Source: Macrostomum lignano (Eukaryota). Taken from it: a stretch of DNA of 64,000 nucleotides. The stretch spans positions 132,528-196,527 of the forward strand of contig NIVC01001603.1 in assembly GCA_002269645.1 (NCBI GenBank). The letters are read 5' to 3'. This document shows, piece after piece, positions 24,827-37,136 of this stretch. The position numbers and the translations under genes are program-made. The stretch's first letter is position 1. Each line of letters begins with the position of its first letter. The notes under the pieces are model-generated. The model had not been told where the DNA came from, searched no databases, and saw nothing but the letters and a program-made list of their open reading frames with translations.

Positions 24827-26102
24827 CACACACACAGACAGACAGACAGGCAGACATGTGTTTCCCACAAACTTCTCCAAAAATAATCCAGGGACCTACG
24901 AGTGTGCAAGCCACTGAACGTGGAGCTGCCCAGATCCCTAGTTGACGTCGTGACCAATTGGAATTTGCCAATGCACCGCTGGCTGAAGCAGTACGTATTT
25001 AATCAGAGCCTGCACTATGGCAAATTTCCAGCCGTACTGCTCACCTATATCGCCAGCTCATTGCTGCATGTAAGTTAATATGTAATCGTATTTTAGCTTA
25101 TCATTAAATATTGTAAGAGATACAATCAGTCTTGTTTGTTTTGTACTCGTCTTTTTTTAGGGCATGAACTTTCAACTATCAGCGGTTCTCCTGTCAATAG
25201 GAGTTTACAGCTATATTGAATACGGTAAGCTGGGTGTGCGTTTTATTGCTTTGATTCTATAACAGGCTTTTTGCGCCAAACTCAAGTACGTACGCTCTCT
25301 TTCAAGCGCGTACTCTCGTGCAGCAGAGTCGGCTAACTCCGCCCCGGGAAGCCTGTATCCGGCCCTCGGGTTCTTCAAAACTTCACAATAGCAATCCGGC
25401 CCGCTCATCTGTGTCTCTTCTCAGCTCTCTCTCTCCCCCTCTCTACACTCTAATCTCTTCTGTCTCCTCCCCTATCCTCTCTTCTCTCCCCTCTCCTCTC
25501 TCGCCTCTTCTCTCCTCTAATCGCCTCTCATCTGGCGTGCAGTCATAAGCTGAATTTTTTTAAGTTTGCCCGACCACTGGTGTACAGTGTACATGCCTGA
25601 GCTCAATGATCAGCTGACACAGGCTGTCTGCAGTTGTCTATGGCCAAGTGCAGTGGAAATTCTCAACTTGATGGTCTAAAGTATCAAGGATTAACCATAA
25701 CTATGTACATGTATCACAGAATGTGACTGCTGTATTTTCCCACCTCATCCAGTGCTTCGGCAGCGTCTAGCCAGCATATTCAATCTGTGCATCGAGTCCC
25801 GGCCCTGCAGCTCTGCTGGAGGCGGCGGCGAAGGCGGCAGCGGCCATGCCTCTAACGGATCTGGCGCCCACCAGTGCATGGAGCACCCGGGCAGGCAGAT
25901 CGCTGGCCGCAGATTATCGAACCTGCTGTTCACCTGTCTGGCAATATTTCACCTGTCCTATCTGGGCCTGCTGTTCGACACTAGTCCGATATCTGAGCAG
26001 GGCTACTCTTATCAGCACACGCTGAGCAAATGGGCAGAATTGGACTATTTGAGTCATCTGGTTGCTGGCGCGTCTTTTGCATTCTATATGCTAATTAGGT
26101 AG
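20558..26102 (+). CDS. porcn: Porcupine, Wnt O-palmitoleoyltransferase (MBOAT). Frameshifted in exon 3 as assembled; 539 aa if corrected
   Basis: Exons 20558-21010, 21853-21953, 22044-22277, 23665-23771, 23875-24012, 24892-25069, 25161-25224, 25753-26102. Motifs: [65 protein letters not shown] (catalytic His), [22 protein letters not shown]. Total 1625 nt, or 1620 after removing the duplicated TTGTG at 22205-22214. Confidence 0.93.
21160..21760. repeat. 23-bp minisatellite, porcupine intron 1
   Basis: Unit tccggtcagtcataatctccatt. Confidence 0.9.
22310..23590. repeat. 26-bp minisatellite, porcupine intron 3
   Basis: Unit tcttatctcaccctcgtgtctccctc, very homogeneous; the source of three 400-500 aa artefact ORFs. 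Confidence 0.95.
24170..24855. repeat. Compound (GATA)n then (GACA)n microsatellite, porcupine intron 5
   Basis: Direct reading; the switch from GATA to GACA occurs near 24720. Confidence 0.95.
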
Positions 26103-26899
26103 TTTAGTAGGTACAGTAATTTGTATAGCTAGAGGTTCAGATGTTTCAATTTGAAATTTAATTTAAATTAGCGCCAAAATGACTTAATTGGCATTGTGTT
26201 CATACGATTGTTTATAACAAAGCCTATTTTGGCACGAATTCGAACTTAATAAAAAATGGTAAATAATGTTTGTTGTTAATTTTTTTGCAATACCTTCAGT
26301 TCAAAATTAGACGTTAATTAAATTTGTTATAATTTACATGCTTTGAAATTTGTAGCCCCTTAAAAGAAGGGCATCGAACCCTGGACCACGGCGCTTTATT
26401 ACTTTTTCTGCTTCAAGGCATTATTAGTAGTATAACACGCGTGTGATATACAAAAATCTATTTTTCCGCAGTTATATTTTGATTTCTATTAGAAATAATA
26501 ACCAATTATTTTCAGCACCTCAGGTTTGTCAGCCAATTTGTTCATAAGATATTCATAGCTATATAGTAATAAATCTATTGTGTTTAAATAGTGCAACCAC
26601 CGACATTAATATTATGATTGAAAAAACAGCTGATATAATTATAAAAACTTTAACTAGCATGATTAATTTTTCCTTAAATTTGTGCGCTTCTTTTTGTTCA
26701 AGTATTTAACAAAAGCCTTATTTGTTTGCTTTTTAGTTTTTGTTTGTGTTGTATCAACTCTGCAATTGGTTTCTACAAATTGTTTCTTGTAACTATTGTG
26801 AGCCCAAGGCAATTATATTATTAACAAAATGTTTTCTTCATTGCCTTGACTGCCTGCCAAGACACGCGACACGATTTTAATCAACTGGTTAACGACCCC

Positions 26900-29800
26900 T
26901 TCAACCCTAGATTCCTCTCCCTTCAACCCTAGATTCCTCTCCCTTCAACCCTAGATTCCTCTCCCTGCAACCTAGATTCCTCTCCCTGCAACCCTAGATT
27001 CCTCTCCATGCAACCCTAGATTCCTCTCCATGCAACCCTAGATTCCACTGCCTGCAACCCAAGATTCCTCTCCCTGCAACCCTAGATTCCTCTCCATGCA
27101 ACCCTAGATTCCACTCCCTGCAACCCTAGATTCCACTCCCTTCTCATCCCTAGATTCCTCTCCCTACAATCCTAGATTCCACTCCCTGCAACCCTAGATT
27201 CCACTCCCTGCAACCCTAGATTCCTCTCCCTGCAACCCTAGATTCCTCTCCCTGCAATCCTAGATTCCACTCCCTGCAACCCTAGATTCCACTCCCTACA
27301 ACCCTAGATTTCTCTCCCTGCAACCCTAGATTCCTCTCCCTGCAACCCTAGATTCCTCTCCCTGCAACCCTAGATTCCTCTCCCTTCAACCCTAGATTCC
27401 ACTCCCTGCAACCCTAGATTCCACTCCCTGCAACCCTAGATTCCTCTCCCTGCAACCCTAGATTCCACTCCCTGCAACCCTAGATTCCTCTCCCTGCAAC
27501 CCTAGATTCCACTCCCTGCAACCCTAGATTCCACTCCCTGCAGCCCTAGATTCCACTCCCTGCAACCCTAGATTCCTCTCCCTGCAATCCTAGATTCCTC
27601 TCCCTGCAACCCTAGATTCCTCTCCCTTCAACCCTAGATTCCTCTCCCTTCAACCTAGATTCCTTTCCCTTCTCAACCCTAGATTCCTCTCCCTTCAACC
27701 CTAGATTCCTCTCCCTGCAATCCTAGATTCCTCTCCCTGCAATCCTAGATTCCTCTCCCTGCAACCCTAGATTCCTCTCCCTGCAATCCTAGATTCCTCT
27801 CCCTTCAACCCTAGATTCGTCTCCCTTCAACCCTAGATTCCTCTCCCTTCAACCCTAGATTCCTCTCCCTTCAACCCTAGATTCCACTCCCTGCAACCCT
27901 AGATTCCACTCCCTGCAACCCTAGATTCCACTCCCTGCAACCCTAGATTCCTCTCCCTGCAATCCTAGATTCCTCTCCCTGCAACCCTAGATTCCTCTCC
28001 CTGCAACCCTAGATTCCACTCCCTGCAACCCTAGATTCCACTCCCTGCAACCCTAGATTCCTCTCCCTGCAATCCTAGATTCCTCTCCCTGCAACCCTAG
28101 ATTCCTCTCCCTTCAACCCTAGATTCCTCTCCCTTCAACCTAGATTCCTTTCCCTTCTCAACCCTAGATTCCTCTCCCTTCAACCCTAGATTCCTCTCCC
28201 TGCAATCCTAGATTCCTCTCCCTGCAATCCTAGATTCCTCTCCCTGCAACCCTAGATTCCTCTCCCTGCAATCCTAGATTCCTCTCCCTTCAACCCTAGA
28301 TTCGTCTCCCTTCAACCCTAGATTCCTCTCCCTTCAACCCTAGATTCCTCTCCCTTCAACCCTAGATTCCACTCCCTGCAACCCTAGATTCCACTCCCTG
28401 CAACCCTAGATTCCCCTCCTTGCAACCCTAGATTCCACTCCCTGCAACCCTAGATTCCACTCCCTGCAACCCTAGATTCCTCTCCCTTCTCAACCCTAGA
28501 TTCCTCTCCCTGCAACCCTAGATTCCTCTCCCTGCAATCCTAGATTCCTCTCCCTGCAATCCTAGATTCCTCTCCCTGCAACCCTAGATTCCACTCCCTG
28601 CAACCCTAGATTCCCCTCCTTGCAACCCTAGATTCCACTCCCTGCAACCCTAGATTCCACTCCCTGCAACCCTAGATTCCTCTCCCTTCTCAACCCTAGA
28701 TTCCTCTCCCTGCAACCCTAGATTCGTCTCCCTTCAACCCTAGATCCCTCTTCCTTCACCCCTAGATTCCTCTCCCTGCAACCCTAGATTCGTCTCCCTT
28801 CAACCCTAGATCCCTCTTCCTTCACCCCTAGATTCCTCTCCCTGCAACCCTAGATTCCTCTCCCTTCAACCCTAGATCCCTCTTCCTTCACCCCTAGATT
28901 CCTCTCCTGCAACCCTAGATTCGTCTCCCTTCAACCCTAGATCCCTCTTCCTTCACCCCTAGATTCCTCTCCCTGCAACCCTAGATTCCTCTCCCTTCAA
29001 CCCTAGATCCCTCTTCCTTCACCCCTAGATTCCTCTCCCTGCAACCCTAGATTCCTCTCCCTTCAACCCTAGATCCCTCTTCCTTCACCCCTAGATTCCT
29101 CTCCCTGCAACCCTAGATTCGTCTCCCTTCAACCCTAGATCCCTCTTCCTTCACCCCTAGATTCCTCTCCCTGCAACCCTAGATTCCTCTCCCTTCAACC
29201 CTAGATCCCTCTTCCTTCACCCCTAGATTCCTCTCCCTGCAACCCTAGATTCCTCTCCCTTCAACCCTAGATCCCTCTTCCTTCACCCCTAGATTCCTCT
29301 CCCTGCAACCCTAGATTCGTCTCCCTGCAACCCTAGATCCCTCTTCCTTCACCCTAGATTCCTCTCCCTGCAACCCTAGATTCCTCTCCCTTCAACCCTA
29401 GATCCCTCTTCCTTCACCCCTAGATTCCTCTCCCTGCAACCCTAGATTCCTCTCCCTTCAACCCTAGATCCCTCTTCCTTCACCCCTAGATTCCTCTCCC
29501 TGCAACCCTAGATTCGTCTCCCTGCAACCCTAGATCCCTCTTCCTTCACCCCTAGATTCCTCTCCCTGCAACCCTAGATTCCTTTCCCTTCACCCCTAGA
29601 TTCCTCTTCCTTCACCCCTAGATTCCTCTCCCTGCAACCCTAGATTCCTCTCCCTTCAACCCTAGATCCCTCTTCCTTCACCCCTAGATTCCTCTCCCTG
29701 CAACCCTAGATTCGTCTCCCTGCAACCCTAGATCCCTCTTCCTTCACCCCTAGATTCCTCTCCCTGCAACCCTAGATTCCTCTCCCTTCAACCCTAGATC

Positions 29801-29965
29801 CCTCTTCCTTCACCCCTAGATTCCTCTCCCTGCAACCCTAGATTCCTCTCCCTTCAACCCTAGATCCCTCTTCCTTCACCCCTAGATTCCTCTCCCTGCA
29901 ACCCTAGATTCGTCTCCCTGCAACCCTAGATCCCTCTTCCTTCACCCCTAGATTCCTTTCCCTTC
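26900..29965. repeat. 22-bp satellite array with an emerging 66-bp higher-order repeat
   Basis: Unit caaccctagattcctctccctg. From about 28715 the pattern is a 3-monomer 66-bp HOR. Confidence 0.95.
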
Positions 29966-30554
29966 AGCCCTAACAAATCGTTCCTTTTAACTTTAGCTAG
30001 CCACAACTTCTTTATTTGTGTGAAAAGTGTCACTTGCAAAGTACATACAGTTGAGTTTCAGAAGCTCATAGCTGAATTACTAAAAAGTTTCCAATTGTCT
30101 CCAATTGCTTACTACGCATGTCCTGTTATAATCAAAGCTATGTCTATTCTTTTCTGCGCTCAAATATCTTACTTATTAAATTTGACATGTCACTGCAATC
30201 CATCCTCTGCTATTTAATCTTCAAGTACAAAAATTATTTTAAACTGTTTCTATGGCGAATAATTGTATAATTTGCGTTATTCTGAACTAATAAAAATCGA
30301 TTGTTAATATTAGTTAGTTGGCGTAGATATTAATTTGCATGTGAACTATACACTTACTATAAATCTGCTTCCTTGTATGCTTATTTTAGTAACAAAAATC
30401 AAGCAAAACTGCTTCCTCAGTTCGAGTCTGTGTTTATTTTTTTTGCATCTAAGGACATTTTCAAAGGCGATTTTGTTTTCTTGATTTTCACTGTGTTTTT
30501 TCTGATATTTTTATTAGTATGTATTGAGATGGCAACTATAGAGTATAGACTGTA

Positions 30555-32432
30555 GAGTGTCTCTACAGGTGGTGATTAGATTGTCTCCGGATGATAATTG
30601 GAGTGTTTCCGGATGGTAATTACAGTGTCTTCAGATGGTAATTAGAGTGTCTTCAGGTGGCAATTAGAGTATCTTCAGGTGGTAATTAGAGTGTCTTCAG
30701 GTGGTAATTAGAGTGTCTACAGGTGGTAATTAGAGTGTCTGCAGGTGGTAATTAGAGTGTCTACAGGTGGTAATTAGAGTGTCTGCAGGTGGTAATTAGA
30801 GTGTCTCCGGATGGTAATTAGATTGTCTCCGGATGGTAATTAGAGTGTCTTCATGTGGTAATTAGAGTGTCTGCAGGTGGTAATTAGATTGTCTCCGGAT
30901 GGTAATTAGAGTGTCTTCATGTGGTAATTAGAGTGACTCCAGGTGGTAATTAGAGTGTCTTCAGGTGGCAATTAGAGTGTCTTCAGATGGTAATTAGAGT
31001 GTCTTCAGGTGGCAATTAGAGTATCTTCAGGTGGTAATTAGAGTGTCTTCAGGTGGTAATTAGAGTGTCTACAGGTGGTAATTAGAGTGTCTGCAGGTGG
31101 TAATTAGAGTGTCTACAGGTGGTAATTAGAGTGTCTGCAGGTGGTAATTAGAGTGTCTCCGGATGGTAATTAGATTGTCTCCGGATGGTAATTAGAGTGT
31201 CTTCATGTGGTAATTAGAGTGTCTGCAGGTGGTAATTAGATTGTCTCCGGATGGTAATTAGAGTGTCTTCATGTGGTAATTAGAGTGACTCCAGGTGGTA
31301 ATTAGAGTGTCTTCAGGTGGCAATTAGAGTATCTTCAGGTGGTAATTAGAGTGTCTCCAGGTGGTAATTAGAGTGTCTTCAGGTGGTAATTAGAGTGTCT
31401 TCAGGTGGTAATTAGAGTGTCTACAGGTGGTAATTAGAGTGTCTGCAGGTGGTAATTAGAGTGTCTACAGGTGGTAATTAGAGTGTCTGCAGGTGGTAAT
31501 TAGAGTGTCTGCAGGTGGTAATTAGAGTGTCTACAGGTGGTAATTAGAGTGTCTGCAGGTGGTAATTAGAGTGTCTGCAGGTGGTAATTAGAGTGTCTCC
31601 GGATGGTAATTAGATTGTCTCCGGATGGTAATTAGAGTGTCTTCATGTGGTAATTAGAGTGTCTGCAGGTGGTAATTAGATTGTCTCCGGATGGTAATTA
31701 GAGTGTCTTCATGTGGTAATTAGAGTGACTCCAGGTGGTAATTAGAGTGTCTTCAGGTGGCAATTAGAGTATCTTCAGGTGGTAATTAGAGTGTCTCCAG
31801 GTGGTAATTAGAGTGTCTTCAGGTGGTAATTAGAGTGTCTTCAGGTGGTAATTAGAGTGTCTACAGGTGGTAATTAGAGTGTCTGCAGGTGGTAATTAGA
31901 GTGTCTACAGGTGGTATTTAGAGTGTCTGCAGGTGGTAATTAGAGTGTCTCCGGATGGTAATTAGATTGTCTCCGGATGGTAATTAGAGTGTCTTCATGT
32001 GGTAATTAGAGTGTCTGCAGGTGGTAATTAGATTGTCTCCGGATGGTAATTAGAGTGTCTTCATGTGGTAATTAGAGTGTCTGCAGGTGGTAATTAGATT
32101 GTCTCCGGATGGTAATTAGAGTGTCTTCATGTGGTAATTAGAGTGACTCCAGGTGGTAATTAGAGTGTCTTCAGGTGGCAATTAGAGTATCTTCAGGTGG
32201 TAATTAGAGTGTCTCCAGGTGGTAATTAGAGTGTCTTCAGGTGGTAATTAGAGTGTCTTCAGGTGGTAATTAGAGTGACTCCAGGTGGTAATTAGAGTGT
32301 CTTCAGGTGGTAATTAGATTGTCTCCGGATGGTAATTAGAGTGTCTTCATGTGGTAATTAGAGTGTCTGCAGGTGGTAATTAGATTGTCTCCGGATGGTA
32401 ATTAGAGTGTCTTCAGGTGGTAATTAGAGTGT
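30555..32432. repeat. 22-bp satellite array upstream of CDC50
   Basis: Unit ggtggtaattagagtgtcttca. Variant ggcaattagagtatcttc recurs at intervals that are multiples of 22. Confidence 0.95.
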
Positions 32433-32635
32433 CACCTATTTTTACTTTCTCAAATGGCTAGGCTGTGTTGTGGAAAAATAACAAGTTTTCAAGTATTGTG
32501 GCTATGTATTTGTACATAAAGTACATCAATTTTATTGTTAGTTGGTTTTAAAAAGTGCAATTTACGTGAACTACTGCATGTAGCCACCAGAAAGCAATTA
32601 TTGAATCGATACAAAAAAATTGATGAAAATCCAAC

Positions 32636-35600
32636 ATGCTGGAACCTGTTGAAGATTCTCAGGCCGTAGTGCGCCCAGAAGACGATGATAACATCGATGA
32701 CGAGGATCTGGAAGGTGCCAACAACTCAGCAGCCGCTGGTGCTGGCAATGCCTCAGGTGCCACCAGTAATCGTCCACCTTCGTCAGCTTTTCATCAACAG
32801 AAATTACCAGCATGGCAACCGTTGCTAACCGCTGGCACAGTGTTTCCCGTGTTCTTAATCATGTCGATTGCCTTTATCTGCCTTGGTGTGGCCTTGCTAT
32901 TGGCTAATTCCAACATATCCGAGCTATCAATTGACTACACCGATTGTAAACGCATTGGGGATCGAACTCCGTGCGCTAATCTAGTGAAGAAACCCGAATT
33001 CTATTATAATTATAGCGTCTGCCAGTGCCGGCTGGAGTTCAAGCTTGACAAACCTATGACTGGGCAGGTGTACGCATACTATGCTCTGACTAACTTTCAC
33101 CAGAATCACAGAAAGTAAGCCTGTTTAAGTGGACATGTCTTTAATCCCCGAATCCCAAATACGTGTCTTTAATCCCCGAATCCCAAATCTGTGTCTTTAA
33201 TCCCCAAATCCCAAATCTGTGTCTTTAATCCCCAAATCCCAAATTCGTGTCTTTAATCTCCAAATCCCAAATCCGTGTCTTTAATCCCCAAATCCCAAAT
33301 TCGTGTCTTTAATCTCCAAATCCCAAATCCGTGTCTTTAATCCCCGAATCCCAAATCCATGTCTTCAATCCCCAAATCCCAAATCCGTGTCTTTAATCCC
33401 CAAATCCCAAATCCGTGTCTTTAATCCCCAAATCCCAAATCCGTGTCTTTAAACCCAAATCCCAAATCCGTGTCTTTAATCCGCGAATCTCAAATCCGTG
33501 TCTTTAATCCCCAAATCTCAAATCCGTGTCTTTAATCCCCAAATCCCAAATCCGTGTCTTTAATCCCCAAATCCCAAATCCGTGTCTTTAAACCCAAATC
33601 CCAAATCCGTGTCTTTAATCACCGAATCCCAAATCCGTGTCTTTAATCCCCAAATCCCAAATCCGTGTCTTTAATCCGCGAATCCCAAATCCATGTCTTT
33701 AATCCCCAAATCCCAAATCAGTGTCTTTAATCTCCAAATCCCAAATCCGTGTCTTTAATCCCCAAATCCCAAATCTGTGTCTTTAATCCCCGAATCCCAA
33801 ATCCGTGTCTTTAATCTCCAAATCCCAAATCCGTGTCTTAAATCTCCAAATCCCAAATCCGTGTCTTTAATCCCCAAATCCCAAATCCGTGTCTTTAATC
33901 CGCGAATCCCAAATCCATGTCTTTAATCCCCAAATCCCAAATCCGTGTCTTTAATCCCCAAATCCCAAATTCGTGTCTTTAATCCCCAAATCCCAAATCT
34001 GTGTCTTTAATCCCCGAATCCCAAATTCGTGTCTTTAATCCCCGAATCCCAAATTCGTGTCTTTAATCCCCGAATCCCAAATCCGTGTCTTTAATCCTAC
34101 AATTCGGATTCCGAACCCCATCACTCACATCCCAGAATTCCATTCAAAGTCATTTAATCCAAAACCAGGTGTTCCACATAATTTATCTCTAATAATCTGC
34201 TCCATTCCCCGTCGCCCAGGTACGTCAAATCGCATGACCGGATGCAGCTCTCGGGCCGTCGCTACTCCGACTTGGACGCCGAATGCGAGCCGTACCGGAC
34301 ATCCGCCGACGGCAAATGGATCGCCCCCTGCGGCGCTGTGGCTAACAGCTTGTTCAACGATACGTTTAAGCTCATGCGTCGCGTTGGCAGCCTTGAAACT
34401 GTGCCATGGACCGTTAAGGGTATCAGCTGGTCGGCAGATGTGGCTAGAAAATACGGCCGAGTAGACACCTGGAATGGAACAGCTAAGCCACCAAACTGGG
34501 CTGTGCCAGAGTCCGCCCGAAGTCCGATAGGTTACACTGGGGACGAGGAACTGCAGGTAAGCGTCTTTTATAGGATCCCTAATCCCTATCGCTAATCCAT
34601 AATCCACTATCAGTAATATCTAATCCTCAATCCACTATCAGTAATATCTAATCCCTAATCCACTATCAGTAATATCTAATCCCTAATCCACTATCAGTAA
34701 TATCTAATCCGTAATCCACTATCAGTGACCTCTAATCCTTAATCCACTTTCAGTGATCTCTAATCCTCAATCCACTATCAGTAATATCTAATCCTCAATC
34801 CGCTTTCAGTAATATCTAATCCTCAATCCACTATCAGTAATATCTAATCCTCAATCCGCTTTCAGTAATATCTAATCCTTAATCCACTATCAGTAATATC
34901 TAATCCTCAATCCGCTTTCAGTAATATCTAATCCTCAATCCACTATCACGAATTTCTAATCCCTAATCCACTAACAGTGATCTCTAATCCCTAATCCACT
35001 AACAGTGATCTCTAATCCCTAATCCACTATCAGTGACCTCTAATCCTTAATCCACTTTCAGTGATCTCTAATCCTCAATCCACTATCAGTAATATCTAAT
35101 CCTCAATCCGCTTTCAGTAATATCTAATCCTCAATCCACTATCAGTAATATCTAATCCTCAATCCACTATCAGTAATATCTAATCCTCAATCCACTATCA
35201 GTAATATCTAATCCTCAATCCACTATCAGTAATATCTAATCCTTAATCCACTATCAGTAATATCTAATCCTTAATCCACTATCAGTAATATCTAATCCTT
35301 AATCCACTATCAGTAATATCTAATCCCTAATCCACTATCAGTAATATCTAATCCTTAATCCACTATCAGTAATATCTAATCCTCAATCCACTATCAGTAA
35401 TATCTAATCCTTAATCCACTATCAGTAATATCTAATCCTTAATCCACTATCAGTAATATCTAATCCTTAATCCACTATCAGTAATATCTAATCCTCCATC
35501 CACTTGCAATGATCTCTAATACTTAATCCCTAATCTTAATGACAGTAGTATACTCGTAAATCAGCATAAGTCTAAAGCGTTTACAAATCAATTATATAAA

Positions 35601-35899
35601 AATAGGTCTGGATGACGGTGGCCGCTTTGCCTACATTTCGCAAACTGCATCGCCGTCTAATTCACTCGGATATAAGTGCATACGCGGAAGGACTTCCGGC
35701 CGGAAACTACAGTCTGTTGGTGAATTACAGCTACCCTGTTGCCGGATTTGGCGGCACCAAATCGTTCGTTCTGGCCACTGCCGGCCTGTTAGGCGGCCGA
35801 AATGCCGGCCTAGGCGGATTGGCCATCGCTGTCGGCTGTCTGCATCTGGCGCTGTGCTGCGCCCTCGCTGTGCTGCACACGCACGCGAAACGAAAGTAA
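32636..35899 (+). CDS. cdc50: CDC50/TMEM30 family P4-ATPase flippase beta subunit, about 369 aa
   Basis: Exons 32636-33114, 34220-34556, 35606-35899 (1110 nt). Motifs: AFHQQKLPAWQP, IDYTDC, YYALTNFHQNHRKYVKS, IAPCGAVANSLFNDTF, VWMTVAALPTFRKL, YPVAGFGGTK, LGGRNAGLG; two TM segments. Confidence 0.96.
33135..34095. repeat. 28-bp minisatellite, CDC50 intron 1
   Basis: Unit gtgtctttaatccccaaatcccaaatcc. Confidence 0.95.
34580..35510. repeat. 28-bp minisatellite, CDC50 intron 2
   Basis: Unit aatccactatcagtaatatctaatcctc. Confidence 0.95.
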
Positions 35900-35994
35900 G
35901 TTTTGTCCGATATGTATCGAAAATTACTTTATTTTTTTAGCATTTTTGCAAAATAAATCGAGTATTACCTCAAGCCCGTCCATCAAAGTAATAT

Positions 35995-36140
35995 TTTAGC
36001 CGATATGTATCGGAATGCTTCTTTTAGCCGATATGTATCAAAGTGCTTCTGTTAGCCGATATGTATCGAACTGCTTCTTTAAGCCGATATGTATCGAACT
36101 ACTTTTTAGCTGATTTGTATCGAAAAAAATTATTCGATAT
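35995..36140. repeat. Short degenerate ~29-bp repeat after the CDC50 stop
   Basis: agccgatatgtatcg recurs about 5 times. Confidence 0.65.
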
Positions 36141-36152
36141 GTATGGTTATAA

Positions 36153-37136
36153 CCCGTATAAAAGTGGGACTGTCACATTTTGACTATGTGACAGTTTTGT
36201 GACACTCAAATGACGGTATCACATGTGACCCTTCATTGTGACACTCAAATGTGACCGTCGATGTGACAGTCAAATAAGCTGTCACAAGTGTGACCGTCGA
36301 TGTGACACTCAAATAAGCTGTCACAAGTGTGACCGTCGATGTGACACTCAAATAAACTGTCACCGCTGTGACCGTCAATGTGACACTCAAGTGTGACAGT
36401 CGATGTGTTGTCTCCTGCCTGACAGTTGTAGTACGTCGTATAACTGTCATACCCACCTTTAATGCTGTATCACTGCCTCTCGGAGCATTCCAATAATGTC
36501 CGACAACAAGCCTTCGGATATTTTATCTAAAAATAAGTGGCTGTTCAAGTCACCTTCTGGCCAGGAGAGGGTTCGGAAGTTAGTGAGTCAGCCTTACCAG
36601 CCCAGACCGCCTTGTGGTTTCCAGCTAGAGTATCAGGAGGCTGCTAAGAAGATGCAGCAGGAGATAGACAGTGAACCAGTGATTAGATATTAGATATTAG
36701 ATATTATTGATTTATTAGTTTTCTCCTGAAATATCATACATTGTACGTGCATGTGTATAACAACACACGTAGAAATACTTTATTTGACTTAATGATCATG
36801 CACGGAAATCGAAGTAAGTAGTTAACATATTTAATAATGGAAAAATTGATGCATCGGCAGTATTACTCTACCAAGTTGTTAGTTTTTACCATTGCTTAAA
36901 ACAACCAAACACACGTGTCACATGGACGGTCACAGCGGTGACAGTTTCTTTGAGTGTCACATTTGAGTGTCACATGGACGGTCACACTGGTGACAGTTTA
37001 TTTGACTGTCACATTTGAGTGTCAGTGTCACATCGACGGTCACATCACTGTCACACTTGACGGTCACAAGCGTGACAAGCAGTGTCACAATTTCGACTGT
37101 CACCAAAAAAATGTGACAGTCCCACTTTTATGCGGG
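36153..37136. mobile_element. Non-autonomous foldback-type DNA transposon with TIRs and subterminal GTGAC/GTCAC repeats
   Basis: Left cccgtataaaagtgggactgtcacatttt pairs with right aaaatgtgacagtcccacttttatgcggg. Both ends are flanked by TAA. Arms of about 220-270 bp consist of tgtgac repeats in inverted orientation. Confidence 0.85.

Noticed and set aside
26900-32432. CRISPR-like array, or a linear element with inverted telomere-like ends
   Set aside because: No unique spacers, and the context is eukaryotic. The two arrays are not reverse complements beyond a weak CTA-ATT resemblance.
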